Source of the DNA: an uncultured Mageeibacillus sp.
GTDB lineage: Bacteria > Bacillota > Clostridia > Saccharofermentanales > DTU023
NCBI GenBank assembly: GCA_964624395.1
Contig: CAZUWY010000002.1
Span: forward strand, 1 to 51,257
DNA length: 51,257 nt
Reading direction: 5' to 3'
Shown here: positions 47,731 to 51,257 of the stretch, piece after piece
Layout of the letters: each line of letters opens with the position of its first letter
How positions within the stretch are numbered: the stretch's first letter is position 1
Translations under genes and position numbers: made by a program
Notes under the pieces: generated by a model
Databases searched by the model: none
The model's input: only the letters and a program-made list of their open reading frames with translations
Told to the model about the DNA's origin: nothing

Positions 47731-49380
47731 TTAACTGATTTTGCCGCCGGCAATATTATAGACATGGTCATACAGTTTTAGGCTTTCGGCAAAGATAACA
47801 TGGCTGACCATGATCACAGTCACACCCTGCAAGGCCAGCAATCTTTTTTCAATCGCCAGAGCAATTTGATCGTCAAGACTGGCAAAGGCTTCGTCGAGCA
47901 AAATAATTTCGCTTTGCCGCAGCAGGGCTCTGGCAATTGCAATCCTTGCTTTTTCTCCGCCGGAGATATTCTTGCCGTTGTCTAAGATTTGCTCTTCAAG
48001 CCCCTGCGGCTGCTTTTTGATAAATTCATCAAGTCCAGAGGCTGCAATAGCTGCATCGATTTCTGCCTGCAGGTAGTCGTTATACAAGGTCAAATTGTTT
48101 TTCAGACTGTCCTCAAAGAGAAAGACATGCTGTTCGACATTGGCTAGGTATTTTAGATAATCCTCACTATTGATCTGAGCGAGATTGACGCCATCCACCA
48201 GCACCTCTCCCTTGTCCGGGCTAATATATTTGTGCAAAAGACGAATTATGGTCGATTTGCCACCGCCTGAAGGGCCTATGAGCAGATATTTCTTGCCTTT
48301 TTCAAAAACAAGGTTTATATCTTTCAAAGTGGGCTCATCCTCATAAGAAAAACTCACATCCACCATTTTAATCTCTTTAGTAAAACCGCTGAAGCTTTCG
48401 CTCTCTGCCACTTCCTTAGGTAGAGGCTCAAGGGATTCATCTATGCTTTGATAGATTTGCTGGGCAGCTTTTAAGAGAGGGATTTTTTGCAAGGCCTGTG
48501 AGAAGGGATTGGAGATTGCGCTGATGATATTTACCACCAGCACTATATAGCCGGCGCTGACATAGCCAATGCCGGCAAAATAGGCTATCAGGAGCAAGAC
48601 ACCAAAAATTACGGTAAAAAAGAGTAAATTTTGCACGAAATCGATATAGCTTGAGAGCTTGTCGATCATATAGCCCTTTGACTGAACACTGCCGCTTTTT
48701 TGGGCAAATTCCTGCCTGCTTCGCTCCTCAAGATTATTTCCCTTCACCAGCCGGAAAGCTGTGACAATCTCGCGGATATAGCGGGTATAGTCCTGAAACA
48801 GATCAGTCCGCTCCTTTTCATGCCGGCGCAGGATTCTCCCCAGCAGGCTGGAAACGACAAAGAAGACCAGCATGACCAAAAATAGAAATAAAAGTATTCT
48901 GAGATTGACATAGGCCAGAACGATCAGAGCGGTCAGCGCCCTGATAATCTGAACGGCCAGATAATAGCCCGCTTCAACATCGTTGTTTTCAATGGTATTA
49001 AAGTCATTGCTGATATGTGAATAAAAGCGGCTGCTTCCCTTTTGGTTAAAGCTTAGTAGATCAAGTTTTAATAGTTTTTCTAAAAATATGCTGCGCATGG
49101 TAAACATAACAGATTTTACATAGCGCCCATAGCAGCGGATCAGTAAATAGTCGAAGGGCATGATCAGGATGGTCAGCAAGACAAAATAGCTAAGACTTTG
49201 CCTGACAGCTGTAAAATCTCCCGCCAATGCCTGATCGACAAGCTGCATGGAAAGAAGATTAGTAGCCATTTCCAGGGAGTTGATCAGGAAAAAGAGCAGC
49301 AGGGCCACAAGCAGCTGCCCTCTTTTTTGCTCTTTGCCAGCTTTAAGGGAGATACTATCTTTTCTTTTCAGCTTAAGCAT
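47731..49380 (-). CDS. ABC exporter, fused TMD-NBD half-transporter
   Basis: 549 aa with a 6-TM N-terminal half, Walker A GPSGGGKST, signature ISGGEKARI and Walker B ILLDEAF. Confidence 0.85.
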   Translation of the reverse strand: MLKLKRKDSISLKAGKEQKRGQLLVALLLFFLINSLEMATNLLSMQLVDQALAGDFTAVRQSLSYFVLLTILIMPFDYLLIRCYGRYVKSVMFTMRSIFLEKLLKLDLLSFNQKGSSRFYSHISNDFNTIENNDVEAGYYLAVQIIRALTALIVLAYVNLRILLFLFLVMLVFFVVSSLLGRILRRHEKERTDLFQDYTRYIREIVTAFRLVKGNNLEERSRQEFAQKSGSVQSKGYMIDKLSSYIDFVQNLLFFTVIFGVLLLIAYFAGIGYVSAGYIVLVVNIISAISNPFSQALQKIPLLKAAQQIYQSIDESLEPLPKEVAESESFSGFTKEIKMVDVSFSYEDEPTLKDINLVFEKGKKYLLIGPSGGGKSTIIRLLHKYISPDKGEVLVDGVNLAQINSEDYLKYLANVEQHVFLFEDSLKNNLTLYNDYLQAEIDAAIAASGLDEFIKKQPQGLEEQILDNGKNISGGEKARIAIARALLRQSEIILLDEAFASLDDQIALAIEKRLLALQGVTVIMVSHVIFAESLKLYDHVYNIAGGKIS

Positions 49381-51145
49381 TGATACTTTTTCCCCCTGCT
49401 TTTATCTGAGAGATATCTCCGGAAAAATATAATTTGGCCGGGTAAATATTCAGTTTCCCCTGCTTTAGTTCAATCACCGCATCAAACTGTTCAGAAATCC
49501 CTTCATAGTAACGATGAGATATTGCCAGCACAGTCATAGGCAAGCTAAGGATGCTTTGCTCAATCTTGGCCCCCTGCTTAGCATCAATGGCCGATGTTAT
49601 TTCATCAGCCAGCAAGATTTTGGAGCGTTTGATAATTGCTCTGGCGATGGAGATGCGCTGCCTTTCCCCGCCGGAAAGATTGTAGCCTCCTTCCGCCAGC
49701 ATTGTCTCAAGTCCAGCGGGCAGTTTGGCCACCAGTTCCTCTAGGCCCGCCAGTTCAACCGCCCTTTCAATCTCCTCTGGAGGATAATCTTGAAAGAGGC
49801 AGATATTTTCTTTGAGACTGGCGGCAAACAAATAGACATCTTGCAAGATGGTGGCAGTGGCCTGATTGAATAACTGCTCGTCAATCTCCCTGAGCGAGAC
49901 CTTGCCATAAAAAATCTCTCCCTCATAATCTCTTACTGCCCCGGACAAGAGATTTAAGAAAGTAGTTTTGCCAGCGCCGGAGGCCCCCTTGAGCAGGTAT
50001 TTACCACCGCCGGTTAAAGTTAAATTTGCCTGGCGGATCAGCGGATCTTTCGCCTCTTTGAATTGATAGCTCAAATTGACAATTTCAATATCTCCTGCCA
50101 GAGGCTTTGTCGATAAAACCTTTTTATAAGGCTCTTTTTCATCTTCAGTTCTACTGGAAATCTCCTGAGTCCTTTGCTCTGGCAAAGGCTCTGCAGTTAG
50201 ATTTTCAAAGATTTTATTAGCAGCTGTCAGACGATTTTTCATTTCAAACAAAAGGATTAAGGGCCAGTCGATATGACTTTGCAGCTGCAGCATAAGGATG
50301 GCGGCGGTGAGGTCAAGCTCTCCTTTGACCATCCGGATGACGATATAGGCGATAGAGACCAGGGACATGAAGATGCCCACATTAAAGAGGGCCTTTTCTT
50401 GCAGCTGCTCCAGAAAACGCCCCTTCAGTTTTGCCTCCTCCAGCTGCTCAAATTGTTTATTGGCAGCTTGGGTAAACTGTTTTTCCACCTGATTCAGGCG
50501 GATAATTTCCAGCCCGGAAAAGAAATTTCCTATCCTGATGGAAAAGAGCTCATTTTCTTGCATGATCAGGTCACGGGACTTGATCAGGGGTTTTTTAAAC
50601 AGGCGCGATACCAGGAGCAAAAGGCTGGCCAAGAACAGGCAAAGAAGAGCAAAATACGGATCTTTTATAAAAATGATCAGCAGGGATAAAAGCGCCAAGC
50701 CTAAGGAGAAGATCACATTTAATAAGGAGAGAAAGAAGTCTTTTTCAAATAAATTGATATCCGCAGTAAGTTTGGAGATATAGCTGTCCTTGGATTTGAG
50801 GCTAAAATCCTGGTAAGAAAGAGAAATGATGCGCTCAAAAACCAGCTTGCGCAAATCCAGCAAAATGTCACGCATATAGCCAATGCGCAAAAAACGGGAA
50901 GAGAGTTGCAAAAGAGGTCCACCGATGGCCAGGACTATAGAGAGGATAATGGCCCGCCGCCATTCTTCAGGTCCTGAATACTGCAGCAGACCCAAAATAT
51001 TGGCAATTGCATAGGCCACTGCCAGTTGCTCAATAATAGGAAATAAGCAGGCAAAAATATAGAGGCAAAAACGCCGGGGTCTTTGCAGCAATAGATCTAT
51101 AACTGTTTTTGGCCTTTTGCCAGTGCTGCTTTGATCTGTCTTCAA
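49373..51145 (-). CDS. ABC exporter, fused TMD-NBD half-transporter (partner of 47731..49380)
   Basis: 590 aa with Walker A GASGAGKTT, signature LSGGERQRI and Walker B LLADEIT. TTG start with GAGGGG upstream. 8-nt overlap with the downstream partner. Confidence 0.85.
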   Translation of the reverse strand: MKTDQSSTGKRPKTVIDLLLQRPRRFCLYIFACLFPIIEQLAVAYAIANILGLLQYSGPEEWRRAIILSIVLAIGGPLLQLSSRFLRIGYMRDILLDLRKLVFERIISLSYQDFSLKSKDSYISKLTADINLFEKDFFLSLLNVIFSLGLALLSLLIIFIKDPYFALLCLFLASLLLLVSRLFKKPLIKSRDLIMQENELFSIRIGNFFSGLEIIRLNQVEKQFTQAANKQFEQLEEAKLKGRFLEQLQEKALFNVGIFMSLVSIAYIVIRMVKGELDLTAAILMLQLQSHIDWPLILLFEMKNRLTAANKIFENLTAEPLPEQRTQEISSRTEDEKEPYKKVLSTKPLAGDIEIVNLSYQFKEAKDPLIRQANLTLTGGGKYLLKGASGAGKTTFLNLLSGAVRDYEGEIFYGKVSLREIDEQLFNQATATILQDVYLFAASLKENICLFQDYPPEEIERAVELAGLEELVAKLPAGLETMLAEGGYNLSGGERQRISIARAIIKRSKILLADEITSAIDAKQGAKIEQSILSLPMTVLAISHRYYEGISEQFDAVIELKQGKLNIYPAKLYFSGDISQIKAGGKSINA

Positions 51146-51257
51146 GACTTAAAACCCCTCACTAACACCTAAAATCCCTCGCTGGTATTACAACTTGTAG
51201 CTTAACAGGCGCAGAAGCTGCAGTCAAAGCAGTTCAGTGATTTTTTGCCTGTTACCG

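Noticed and set aside
1-51257. Screen for CRISPR arrays, tRNA/rRNA genes, IS elements, integrases, toxin-antitoxin pairs and known defence genes.
   Set aside because: No spaced direct-repeat arrays and no cloverleaf-like or rRNA-like segments were noticed. No transposase, recombinase or nuclease-type ORFs were found. Every ORF of 100 aa or more outside shadow frames is accounted for by metabolic, transport or housekeeping families.

Overview
51.3-kb chromosomal segment of a low-GC Gram-positive, Clostridia-like anaerobe. It carries the Firmicutes hallmark blocks ctsR-mcsA-mcsB-clpC, glmU-pth-mfd and rlmH-murA. I call 42 protein genes, 39 of them on the minus strand, mostly tightly packed or overlapping. 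I found no rRNA, tRNA, CRISPR array, transposase, integrase or phage genes. Running high to low coordinates (the direction of transcription), the content is: a heterodimeric ABC exporter pair; murA-rlmH; a GlmU-like gene, pth and mfd; a GDPD phosphodiesterase (+); maf; the ctsR-clpC stress operon; a zinc-ribbon membrane protein (+) divergent from an extended PlsC-like acyltransferase; a 9-gene V-type ATPase operon whose proteolipid carries the complete Enterococcus hirae NtpK Na+-binding signature, followed by a class I aminotransferase; arginine deiminase; a GntR regulator (+) divergent from an operon encoding a class IV aminotransferase, an M24 peptidase and an Opp-type peptide ABC importer; and finally an 8-gene operon (arcC, ord::ortA, ortB, oraS, oraE, mutL-like, orr, alr) encoding the complete B12/PLP-dependent oxidative ornithine (Stickland) pathway. 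The lower ~31 kb therefore reads as an arginine/ornithine/peptide fermentation plus Na+ bioenergetics neighbourhood. The points most worth follow-up are: (1) an in-frame fusion of 2,4-diaminopentanoate dehydrogenase with the small thiolase subunit OrtA; (2) arcC and alr bracketing the ornithine operon while arcB and arcD are absent from the window; (3) a GlmU homolog in the canonical glmU-pth-mfd position with degenerate signatures in both active sites; (4) a perfect GntR-type palindrome overlapping the -10 of a consensus promoter; (5) a repeat- and hairpin-rich ~330-nt region upstream of murA. I did not recognise a defence, toxin or mobile system. All calls come from reading the translations and sequence by eye. 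Coordinates of non-coding features may be off by 1-2 nt.
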